The notes under the pieces were generated by a model. That model had not been told where the DNA came from, ran no database searches, and saw only the letters and a program-made list of their open reading frames with translations. A stretch of DNA of 63,195 bases, the filler included, from Reticulomyxa filosa (lineage: Eukaryota; Protista; Foraminifera), in assembly GCA_000512085.1 (NCBI GenBank). It is 17 parts of 17 records of this genome, joined end to end, with 100 filler letters (N's around TTAATTAATTAA, not from the genome) between each part and the next. Parts side by side here need not be neighbours in the genome. Positions count along the whole stretch, not along the records: positions 12,134 to 14,777 come from ASPP01013085.1; positions 14,878 to 16,738 come from ASPP01018880.1; positions 16,839 to 28,529 come from ASPP01011166.1; 14 more parts are not named here. One strand, 5' to 3'. How positions within the stretch are numbered: the first letter of the stretch is position 1; every line of letters starts with the position of its first letter. Of the stretch, positions 13,535 through 24,259 are shown piece after piece. Position numbers and translations under genes: made by a program.

Positions 13535-14732
13535 GAACCCAGCAGTGCAGGAGATGAAATAGTGTTGCTGTTTGGATGTGGTCGTATTGCCCCTCCACTG
13601 ATTGAATATTTGAATGGTGAAAATTACCAAATGATAGTGGCGACATCAGTGATGTCTGAATTGGACAATGTGATGCCTCGCTTGAGCAGTCCTCGTCTGG
13701 TGTCATGTCATCACGTGGACATGAACAATCAACAGCAATCTCAGCAATTTTTGGAGAAATTCGTTCCCAAAGCGACCGTAGTTGTTTCCCTTCTGCCTCC
13801 AAATTTCCATTATACCATTGCAAAGGCCTGTATTCGGCACCGAAAGCACTTTTTCACGTGCTCTTATATTACAGATGAAATTTTGGAGTTGAACGAAATT
13901 GGTACGTACCTCTTTTTTTTTAATATTAAAAAAAAAAAACAGAGTCAGTATACGTAACTTTTGTACAATCCAAAAAAAAAAAAAATTGTAGCAAAAGCAC
14001 ACAAACTGTTGTTTCTGAATGAGTGTGGACTCGATCCTGGATTGGATCACATGATAACAATGAAGATGGTAGACGAGGTTGTGCAAAAAGGTGGAGTGGT
14101 GCGCGAGCTAGTGAGTTTATGTGGAGGACTCCCATCACCTCAAGATAACGACAATCCTTTGGGGTATAAATTGTCATGGTATCCTCTTGGAGTTTTGCAG
14201 GCAACCAAACATGGAGCCAAACAGCTCGTGGACGATGAGATATGCTACGTACAAGCGGGGCATGTATTCCACAAAGCAAATGTTCAGAGAGAGTATATGG
14301 GGGCCGATATTGGAGTCTTGGAATGGTATTTCAATCGAGACTCCACTATCTACGCTCATATCTATGGCTTGCAAGGGCAAGGTCTTGCTACTTTATTTCG
14401 GGTTACGTGTTTTCTTATCAACATGCTTTTGCATGCATTACATGCTTTACATGTATATGCACGTGTAAATGAGCTCTTTTGTTACATATATGTATATACA
14501 TATACGTATATATGTACATGTATATGTGTCTATACAATGTATAAAGGGAACGTACAGATATCCTGGTTGGTGTGAAACAATGAAAGCAATCGGTGACTTG
14601 AAATTAACTTCCGAAGATATCATTTCAAGTGAGATGCAGCACAAGTGCAAGACGTATCGCGATTTTTTCGCTTTTGTTTTAGGTATTGCGCAAGACGATT
14701 CTTTTCCATCGACCTTAAGTCAACTTTTGCAA
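13535..14732 (+). CDS. LYS9: Saccharopine dehydrogenase (glutamate-forming, Lys9/AASS-SDH type), multi-exon, 3'-truncated
   Basis: VLLFGCGRIAPPLIEYL Rossmann fold, VSLLP, NECGLDPGLDHM, SLCGGLP...NPLGYKLSW, GTYRYPGW. Confidence 0.9.
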
Positions 14733-15429
14733 GTTTATATTTTATTTGTTTTTTTTTTTTTTTTTTTTTTTTTTTTTNNNNNNNNNNNNNNNNNNNNNNN
14801 NNNNNNNNNNNNNNNNNNNNNTTAATTAATTAANNNNNNNNNNNNNNNNNNNNNNNNNNNNNNNNNNNNNNNNNNNNTTTTTAAATTAGCTTTAAATGTT
14901 TGTTTTTCATTAAGAAAATCTATCATCTTCATAAGGTGGCATTTTAGGTGTTCAGTTTTTTTTGCAACCTACTATAATAATAATATCTTTTATCACTGCT
15001 TTGTATTAAAGTTAGAAGATGGACACAAAAATAATAAAAATTATCAACTGCTGTTATTTTGTGAAAAGACAGGATTATCGATTGAATATGATGAAGATAA
15101 TGACACTTTTCAGTTTCGTCAACTACATGTTTGTGATAATATCGCATCATTACATCAATACGCATATGTATGCACAAGTGATATCATCTTGTTCTTTGGT
15201 GGAGGTAATATCTAATATTTCAAAATCAGTACAAAAATATTTAATTCAGGAAAATGTATGGATTGCATTTGAACATACTTTACTTTTTGTTTGCCATTTC
15301 GCCGTGGGAAATGTATTTGGATATGTCGTCCTTCGTTGGCACTTTTTTACCATATTTTGGCTTGTCTGCCTTTAATAATGAAGGTGATTAATTATTTATT
15401 TATTTTTTTTAAATCTTGGCATAACACAC

Positions 15430-15800
15430 TGTTGTATATCAACGACATTGCTAAATCAGTTCAAGGCCCAATCTGTGTACAATTATTATATGCAACAATT
15501 ATCAGACCATCTTTGGAATATGACTGTGCATTCTGGAATGGAGCAGCAGAATCACATAAGAAAAGGCTTGAAAGAATCCAAAGAGTGGAGTTATGAACTC
15601 CACTGCGTACGACACGGTGAATGTGATATCACAGAGTGTATTCGATTGAGTAAGAAGTTCCCGAGTCATAATTTAATAATGTGGAGAAGCAATCACGATA
15701 TTGAAAGTGATGTAAAGATAATTTGTAGAGGAAAATTATCAACTTTATCCAGAGCACATATTCATTCATGCTTCTGAAGTTGGTATTCCAAGATCCCGTC
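15430..15800 (+). mobile_element. Non-LTR retrotransposon remnant (RT thumb/connection region)
   Basis: LLYATIIRPSLEYDCAFWNG...KKRLERIQR matches the LY..IRP.LEY...W...LER.QR motif of LINE ORF2; flanks are degenerate. Confidence 0.75.
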
Positions 15801-16838
15801 GTCAAATTGTTCAAATCTATGTTTTGATCAAAATTGAGATATAAAAAATGATTCATGCCTTCTCCTATAGTAGAAGGACAAAAAAAGACAATATCCAACG
15901 CTGAATTCAATAATCGACTCTGTGTTCTTCCAAAGGCGTTGTAGTTTGTTGACTGATTTTGTGTTGCATTAAACTTTTTTTAATTCATAGTTTGTTGTAA
16001 GTATCAAGCCATGTGATTGTCCACAATGTTCAATCTTTGTAGTTTGAAAGTATTTTCTTTGTATCTTTGTCTTTGTTCCTGTTTCGTCACAATCTTGTTG
16101 AAGACGAAAATCATTGTTAATAACCACTTCGAACTTCGTTCAGATAATTTTTTTTTATAGACTGATTGCAGTGGGGGCGTGTCAAGTGTTGGACTACTAT
16201 CTCGCTTCGTCATCAACTCGCAATGCTTTTTGCCATCTATACATGCATAAACTCAGGTCTTTCTAGTTAAAAGAATACATCGTTCTAAGAAATAGAACAC
16301 AGTAATCAAAAAAAGAGACACAAAATCTTACACTAGCCAAAAGGTCCATTCAAAAAATAATAAAAAAAAACCCAATAAAGTTATTTCAATTTAAATTGAG
16401 ATCTACTTGAGAAAGCTTGACAATTGTTCAAATCCTTCTCTTGGTATCGACTACGAACTTGGCTGTTGCTTTCACAACTTTGATCATGACATCTGATTTC
16501 CACGATCGATCCCCAATAATGAATTGTTTCATTGGCAGGGACAGTGTATTGATATCTGGAAGAATTATTGGACATTTGTCCACTAATTGCAACGTAATTC
16601 AATGTACCGCGAATATTCCATCAGGGAATGCTCGACAGTTTCTTCTTTTTCACACCAAATACAATCAGGAGAATCTGATCTTTGGATATTGTACAAATAA
16701 TCATTCAATAAAAAAATAAATAAAATAAAATAAAATAANNNNNNNNNNNNNNNNNNNNNNNNNNNNNNNNNNNNNNNNNNNNTTAATTAATTAANNNNNN
16801 NNNNNNNNNNNNNNNNNNNNNNNNNNNNNNNNNNNNNN

Positions 16839-16854
16839 GGTAATAACAAATAAC

Positions 16855-16918
<64 letters not shown>

Positions 16919-17289
16919 GTAATAATGGTAATCAAGAATACTCCTCCTCTTCCTCCAATGCCAGACACACTGTTTCGTATACATTAAACCCCATTTCCAA
17001 TGATAAGGCCATCGACATGACTTATATCAAAAGTGATGCCATGTATTCACACAAACCCATTGTCTATTTACACAATGTCTCCAATATCGAAATGGAAAGA
17101 AATCTCTTGCTGAGACAAATCCCTGCCGAATTATACAAGAAAGGAATTGTTGTCTGCGGAAACAAAGGAGAAGTTCGAATCTCTCAAAGTAAACATTCCA
17201 ACACTACCTCCATTGATGCCACTCTCACTTCTGACTATTTCAATATTCAAGATGCTATCTTGTCTCAATTTGAAGTCAAGTCCATTTAA
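16839..17289 (+). CDS. CPSF2: CPSF100 (CPSF2) C-terminal fragment preceded by poly-Asn
   Basis: HKPIVYLHNV...LLLRQIPAELYKKGIVVCGN...IDATLTSDYFNIQDAILSQF aligns with the CPSF100_C pattern (L..GI.AEF.GGVLVC...LEG.L..DFY.IR.LLY.QY). Confidence 0.8.
16856..16917 (+). repeat. (AAT)n trinucleotide repeat encoding poly-Asn
   Basis: Seen directly, in frame with the CPSF100 fragment; a similar tract lies at ~61885-61927. Confidence 0.9.
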
Positions 17290-17697
17290 TTTTTTTTTTG
17301 GGTATTTTTATTATTGAGTTTTTCAATTTTCCTTACTAGTCTCTCGCATTTGTCCACACAATTCCTTCATTTCTTGTGCAAAAAAAACAACAATTTTTTA
17401 AAAAGTTCAATATCATGACGAAATCAATATTGTTGCTATTTACTTTTCTATCTTCTTTTAATGCTTATTGCTGAAGCAGTTTCACTATGCTTATTTCACT
17501 TTATACATTATTAAAAGAAAAGTAACGCAAAGTTAAATTGCATATTGCTAAAATTTATAAAGTAATTCAATAAAAAACGATATTTTTTAATTGATAGTAA
17601 AATTTATTTTCTCACATTTTGCAAGTGTCAATAATACGTTGCTGGTGTGCCGACTTAAGTTTATTTTTTTGTAATAATCAATCTTAATGATCAAGTC

Positions 17698-18671
17698 ATG
17701 AGTTCTGAAGACATCAATTCATTAAAGCGAAAAGGTGATGAAGCCTTTATAAAAGGTGGTCGAGATGAAGAAGCGATTGAGCATTATACCAGTGCATTGA
17801 ACATCGCAAAAGGCCTAAAGACGTACGACGATCGACAGCGAGCAAAAATGTATTCATCTCGTGGTGAGTGTTATCTGCGAACTCAGCAATATGAAAAGGC
17901 AGTGGCAGATTGCACAGAGTCATTAAAACTCGATCGCACGAATTTCAAATCGCAGTTTCGCAGAGCGAAGGCCTATGCGCAACTGAACCAAACAGAAGCA
18001 GCCATTGCAGATTTGAAAATCGTGATTCAAAAAGACAGTGATAATACTCAAGCCAAGGAGTTGCTGAAAGAACTGGAATCGAAGTTGAAAGGCGACCAGC
18101 CCACAGAAGAAAAGTCGGCAGCATCAAAAACAAATGAAGGAACAGCCGAAAGCACACGAAAAAGCAACAAAACCGATGATGACATGGACGTAACGAAAGA
18201 GGATCAAAATAGAATATGTGACTATAATGCATTAAATCAAAAAAGAATTGATTTGGAAGAAGAAATTTCTGTGCTTTCAGTTTTTGAACTTTTTTTCCCT
18301 TCCCTCCCCCTTCCCCTTTTGTTTTGGAAAAGAAAAATATTTTTATTACTAACGCCGTAGGGTTTTGTTTTTGTTAGAGAGACATTGGTCAATTGGAAGC
18401 AGCAGAGTCAATGATAGGGATGCTATTGGATGAGCATTCCGTGCGTCTGCAAGTGGGCTACACTTTTTTTGCAATTCCCAACGACACTGGCGACGAGCTT
18501 GTAAAACAGCAATTGAAAGCACTGAAAGCACGCCGTGTTGATTTCACATTCCAATTGGACAGCATCGTCATTGAAATGAAAAAACAGAGGGGTATTTTGA
18601 AAGCCAAATTCAAAGACAAAATTGGACTACCCAAAATTGAACACGCTGAAAACGAACAAGAAAATGAATAA
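17698..18671 (+). CDS. PFDN4: TPR co-chaperone domain fused to prefoldin subunit 4; intron 18280-18377
   Basis: Three TPRs (LKRKGDEAF...AIEHYT; YSSRGECY...AVADC; KSQFRRAKAY), then DVTKEDQNRI...EEEISVLS|RDIGQLEAA...RLQVGYTF...LKAKFKDKIGL, collinear with PFDN4. Confidence 0.85.
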
Positions 18672-19077
18672 TAAATTTGATAAATTGTAAAAAAACATAT
18701 TTATTAAAAAAATGACCAAAACAATACCATTTTTTTAAAAAGTCGTTGTCTTTCTGATTTAGACAGTTTGGGTTTTTTCCTTCCATAATTCAAATTACGT
18801 AACCGTTGTGTAGTGGTAGCACTAACGTTTTTGTTTTTTCTAGTGAGGATCACCCCGTTCTGTGGGCAAAAAACACTCGATTTTGTCAAAAAAAGAAAAA
18901 ATACGGCAAACTAAGATGTTCTTATGCAAAGAATTTTTGAATGTGGAAATATTCTGGGTTATAATGAAAGAGATACTTCATTATTAAAAATGAATATTTA
19001 GCTATACATCGGCTAGCGAAGAAAGTCACAAACTTAAAAAAAAGGAAAAAGAAGAAAGACCGACAAGAACCAACACC

Positions 19078-20355
19078 TTAGTCAAACTTAGCTCTTCGAA
19101 TATTATTTAAAAGAACTGGCAAGGACGGAATTAAAACTACTAAAGGAAATAAAAAGCAAGCAGCATACTGCTGAGAGAAGAATAACTCAAATCGACTTTT
19201 GTGATTGGGATGTAAATTGAATATTCCATCCAAAACGATTCCCAAATACACCGCGAGCATACAAGCACAATTGTGTTGAGAGGCATAAAAAGGAAGTTCA
19301 TAACGAAATGGTCTGACATGCACCAAGCGACTATAATGATAAGCAAAAGGTAGCGTTAATAACAATAATACAAAAACAGTGGTGGGAATTCCGCTCTTTC
19401 CATGTTCATTTTCGTTCCAGAATAAATACAGCACAGCCAAAATAAAATAGCTGAATGCCATCCCAACGTTATGAACTTTCGCACTTGTGTTCAGTCCTAA
19501 AAACACAGGCAGCGTTATCTTGTTTACTGCCTTGTCCGCTTGTATATCGTTCATATTCATTACCATCATCCGCACGTACTCAACAATTCCTACAATTTTT
19601 TTTTTTTTCCAATAAAAAAATAAGCAAGTACTTGCATACACACTTTACAAGCTAACATAAGTATACGTGTACATGTTAGTATACCTCTCTACCAAAAGGG
19701 GGATGAGCAAAAAAAACAAACAAACAAACTTACCAATTGGAATAAGGCATTTCCAAAAGACATGAGATGGAAAGGGTGAACCGTCACCAGAGTGTTGCAA
19801 TAAGTATGATTCCAACGGACATAAAAAGTTCAATACTAAAGTGACCCATAGTTCTCCCATGCAACGTCTTGAAGCTCGGATAGGCGGAAGAGAATATTGC
19901 CCTGCGAGTATCATTCCAGAAACGGCAACATACACGGCATAAATATGATAAGACACTGCGTGAAATGTATACATGACAAATACCCCAACACTTGCTATTA
20001 AAATCAACCCCGCGTATAATGCAATCTTCCGTGGTAACAGTCCTTTTACCAACACTTGTGATCCTCCCGTCCACGGGCTGGCTGCCGCATTTATTGTGTC
20101 CGTGTCAAAGTCCACATATTCATTAAAAAAATGGGTCATTGCGTGAAGGCCATACACCACCGCTATTCCGATAAAGTATTCTTTCACCTGAAATGGTTTT
20201 CCATCGCTCAAACACGACACCACTGCTCCTATACTATACATTATTGGGCTGTAAGCAAGAAATTTTAATCTTCCTAATTCCATCAGTGCACGTCCTTTTT
20301 CTTTCAAGCTAGACGAACTTGAGTACGCTTCATTTTCTTTGGACATTTTTGACAT
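19078..20355 (-). CDS. menA: UbiA-family prenyltransferase (MenA/UBIAD1-like), one intron ~19590-19731
   Basis: HFFNEYVDFDTD and NMNDIQADKAVNKITLPV Asp-rich motifs, TGGS, YSLPP, multiple TM segments. Confidence 0.85.
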
Positions 20356-21399
20356 TATTTTGTTGCTTTGTTTTTTTTTTTTAGCGAGCCGATATATTAA
20401 ATCAATTTCTGTTACAAACGGAAGACTGCACAAGTTTTAGTTTGTACCGGTTTGGCCCTGCTGCCGTAGTTCGGATTCTTTTTGAGCCAAAGCTACAGCA
20501 TTACTTCGTAACAAAAAGTGAAAAATGCCACATTTAAAAAGTAGGCTGCAACACCGTCACACACGTTAATTGACATGGAACAAATTTCAAGCCTTAAAAA
20601 TACGTCATAGACGCCGTGTTGCAGCAAAAGTGTAACCTGCAAAGTTTTGCTCTTTTGGGCAAGTTCCGTCAGTAAAAAAAGATAGAAGAAGGAAAGAACT
20701 GGCAAGAAAGTAAATTGAATATGTTTGTGTGAACAAGTTTCCGAGATTTCCTTGTAGGTGAGGCTTACAGGTTGTTGGCAAGATTCAAGTCTTGATTCCC
20801 CTTTTCCCCCGACAAAACTTACTTCTTACTTTCTCCTGCTTGTTCCACTTTTTTTGTTGTTTTTTTAAGTCAATTGAATTTGTAATGTCTAAAAAATGAT
20901 GCACTTAAATGAAAGATTAAAAAAGAAAAAACTGCAAAATGTTAAAGTTTTCTTTACGTTGAATTATTTTCATTAATCATTCGACATTGATTGTATATGT
21001 GTATTTTTATTATTCAGCATCAATGTAAATGCAATACATTTTGTAATGGAGATTTTACACATCAACAAGAATTATATTTTATAGCTTAAACAAAAAGGTT
21101 GAAAAAAGTTATAAGTACGAGGGCCGAGATAGTTTTTTAACATGTTATATTATTGCTGGGATATGAAGAAAAAAATTTTATTGACCAGTCAAGCACAAGA
21201 TGCAAGTTATCATTGATTTGCATCTTTTTCATAACTGTAATGTTGTCTTATACCTTGGTGATGGGAAGTATGTAGTCGAAATGGTGGAAGCAGTGACGTT
21301 GAATGCATACATTGTTTAAATGTCAAGAAATCATCTCAACAGATAGAAATTTTTTTAAAATGTGATGGACAGCGAAGTGGAGAGAATTTAACATTTAAC

Positions 21400-22024
21400 C
21401 CTACAAAAGAACAAAATAGAAAATGAAAAAATAACAATGACAAATTGATGAAACAACGAACAATTGCCATCATGAAAAAAGATCACTTTTTGAGTCGCAA
21501 CGTAAGAATTAATCTTTTGCAAAGATTTTTTCAAACACTTAGTTGCGACGTCTGCTGCTTGAATTCTGCTATTCAATGTACACACCCGTTTGTACACATG
21601 CAAAAGATATTATGGAATGGTTATTGTAACAAAAAAAATATATTTAATATGTAAATATATAATATTTTATATCCAAGAAAAAATTGAAAAATGGAGCTAC
21701 TAAACATCACAATAAAGGTTTGCACAAAGTGCAAGAGTGCGTGCAAAATGAGGTTTTTTCAATAAGCACTTAGCATGTTGGGCACATTTACTACGCAACG
21801 TGTCAAAGTTGTCTTGTTCCAAGTTTTGACCGATTGCAAACAACTGATGAACATCACAAAGACTCATATTGTCCAATACATATTCTTCGTAACAGAGAAA
21901 AGCTTGAGAAAAGAATTTGTAACTGATTTCGGAGATTGCACAACAATATGCAGCTAAAGAGTCTTGGAACAATATGCGACAACCCAACCCTGGACGATGT
22001 TCCAATTTCCCAGCAACTGTGGAT
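21400..22024 (-). pseudogene. VPS35: VPS35 (retromer) C-terminal fragment; the 5' part is absent
   Basis: SYKFFSQAFLCYEE...NFDTLRSKCAQHAKCLLKKPHFARTLALCANLY and KCLKKSLQKIN match the VPS35 C-terminus. Confidence 0.8.
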
Positions 22025-22074
22025 CTATAAATTACAACAAATATGCTATTATAATATAAAACAAAACAAAGTGT

Positions 22075-23335
22075 ATCAAAACTTTTTTTTTGTAATACGA
22101 GTCTGTGCCCGTGATTGCACGTTAGGAGTTTGGAGGCTGGTGCCCTACAAGTCAATGCAAATCGCTTTATAATTATTCAAAATAATATAAAGCGTTACTA
22201 AACTATTTTTTTTTTTGATGATGGGTTTCGAACCCATTGGACGCTCGGGGGTCCTGTCACTGGGGCCCTATGAATAACAACAATAAAATTATTATTATTA
22301 TTAAAAATAAAATAAAACAAATAAAAACTTTTATTTTTTGTTGTTGATACGGGTTGTGGACCCGTGGCCGCGTGCGGGGAGGAATTTGCAGTCCAGAGCC
22401 CTATAAAACAAGTAATCTTTTTTATTATAATAAATAAAAAAATAAAAAACAGATTAAACTTTTTTTTTTTCATTGAATGCGGGTTGCAAACCCGTTGTCG
22501 CGCAGGAGGATTGTCATGACCGTTGGAGCACTATAAATTACAACAAAGATATTATTATAATAAAAAACAAAACAAAGCATAACAAACCTTTTTTTTATCA
22601 TTATTAATATGGGTTGTGAGCCAGTGGTCGCTGGCGGGACTGTGTTTGGAGGCAGCGGACCTATTAAAAATGAAAACCCCTTTATTAAAAAAAAAAAAAA
22701 AGAAAAACAATTAAAACTTTTTTTTTGTATGCGGGTTATAAACCCGTTGGCGTGGTGGAGCGGGGTTCATGGCAATGTGGCCATATTAATAACAATAATA
22801 ATATTATTATAATAAAAACAAAATAATGCGTAGACAAACTTTTTTTTTATTGACGCGGATCTGGAGTCCGTGTTGGCGCGCTGGACGGAGTTTGGAGGCC
22901 GGGCCCTATAAATCAAACCTTTTTATAATAATTAAAAACTAGAAAACGTTACTAAACTTTTTTTTTTTTTTTGATGGCGGGTTACAAACCCGTTGAGCGG
23001 CTGGTGATTGGCCAATGGGCCTATAAACATCAATAATGTTATTATAATAAAAAATAAATAAACAAACAAGTACTAAACTTTTTTTTTTGAATGACGGGTT
23101 ATAAGCCCGTGTTGCTCATCAGAGCTAATTTTTATTATCGGTGTTTTATTAAAATAAAACCCCGATAAAAAACAATTTTTTTTTACGGGTTTGGACCACT
23201 GTTTTTGTATTTGCTGCAGTTGTGTCATGATTTTATGATTTAATGTATTGTGTGAATTTTTCATTGGTCGAGATAATCTAAACTTTTTTTGTCGTGGGTT
23301 ATGAACCCATTGTTGCTGTGGTGGGACACCAATTC
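22075..23335 (-). repeat. Tandem array of 11 units of ~90-130 bp (probable duplicated micro-exon + intron, each with a 5-bp/7-nt hairpin)
   Basis: Minus-strand unit: TATAG, GC-rich variable stretch, [AG][CT]GGG-N7-CCC[GA][TC], A-run, GTTT, AT-rich spacer. Hairpins start at + coordinates 22097, 22221, 22349, 22479, 22609, 22731, 22855, 22977, 23094, 23185 and 23294. Confidence 0.9.
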
Positions 23336-24259
23336 AAATCAAACAACCTCGCACTCCATTTTGTGGTGGTATTATCACTTTTTTGTGATTCCACAACATG
23401 TATTAGTGGAGGGGTCTGCACTGACTTTGTGTCAGTATCAATGTTGAAGGTGGGACAGGGTAAGGAATATTGTGTGTGTTAGGGTTTGAGGGTTTGTGGT
23501 GGACGGAGTTGGGAGTTGGGATATGGAGTGTTGTGTGTTGAAGGGGGGAAGAAGATGCTGTGATGGCATCTATCTGGATCGATTTGGTGTTGTGGCACCG
23601 ATTTTCGGATCAGTGCATGGCTAAGAGTGACGAGGTAGAGGAGTGTGATAGTTTGAACATGGGGTACGGTCAGGAGCATGTGATTTGTGTTTTGTATGGG
23701 AACGATTTGTGGTGATTGCGCAATGAACAAGGTTAGAAGATATTTATAGAAATGACAAATTAGCCATTTAATTTTTGTCAAGTTCAAAAAGCAACTCAAC
23801 TAACAATTGTTGTGTCAAAAACCTCCAAATTGTTTGTGCGATTACCTTTTAAAAATATGTAGATGAATCAATTGAACGTGGTATAAATAGATCTGTGCCG
23901 AGTTTTTCGCTCTCATCTGAAAAAAGAAAACTTGTCAACCTTGACCACAAGTGCTCTTAAGTACTTTGAAAAACAATTTTAGTGCCTTTGTGTTAATAAA
24001 ACAGTGTACTGGCAGTGGACGAGCTACTTCATAGTTATTTTATTTTAACATTAATTCATAAAGAAATTTTTGTTCCCAATTGTTGTATTTTATCACAAAA
24101 ATACAAGAAAAAACTAGTTTTTATTGGTCAATCTCCAAGTGTTTTGTTTGATATTAGAACAAAGCGAAACTGATCCAAAAAACAACAACAAAGAGCAGAC
24201 TTTGACAAAGGGATTTTTCCGAGTCTATTGTTTTAGAAGAGAAGAAGATGATAAAAAAG

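Noticed and set aside
12321-17289. Clustering of 3'-end processing genes (PABPN1 and CPSF100)
   Set aside because: They lie on different contigs separated by two linkers, so linkage cannot be established.
22200-22270. tRNA gene (GGTTCGAAACC on the minus strand)
   Set aside because: No acceptor stem, D-arm or A-box can be built; only one hairpin is present.
22075-23335. CRISPR array
   Set aside because: Repeats are degenerate and include homopolymers, the variable segments are related to each other, there are no cas genes, and the context is eukaryotic.
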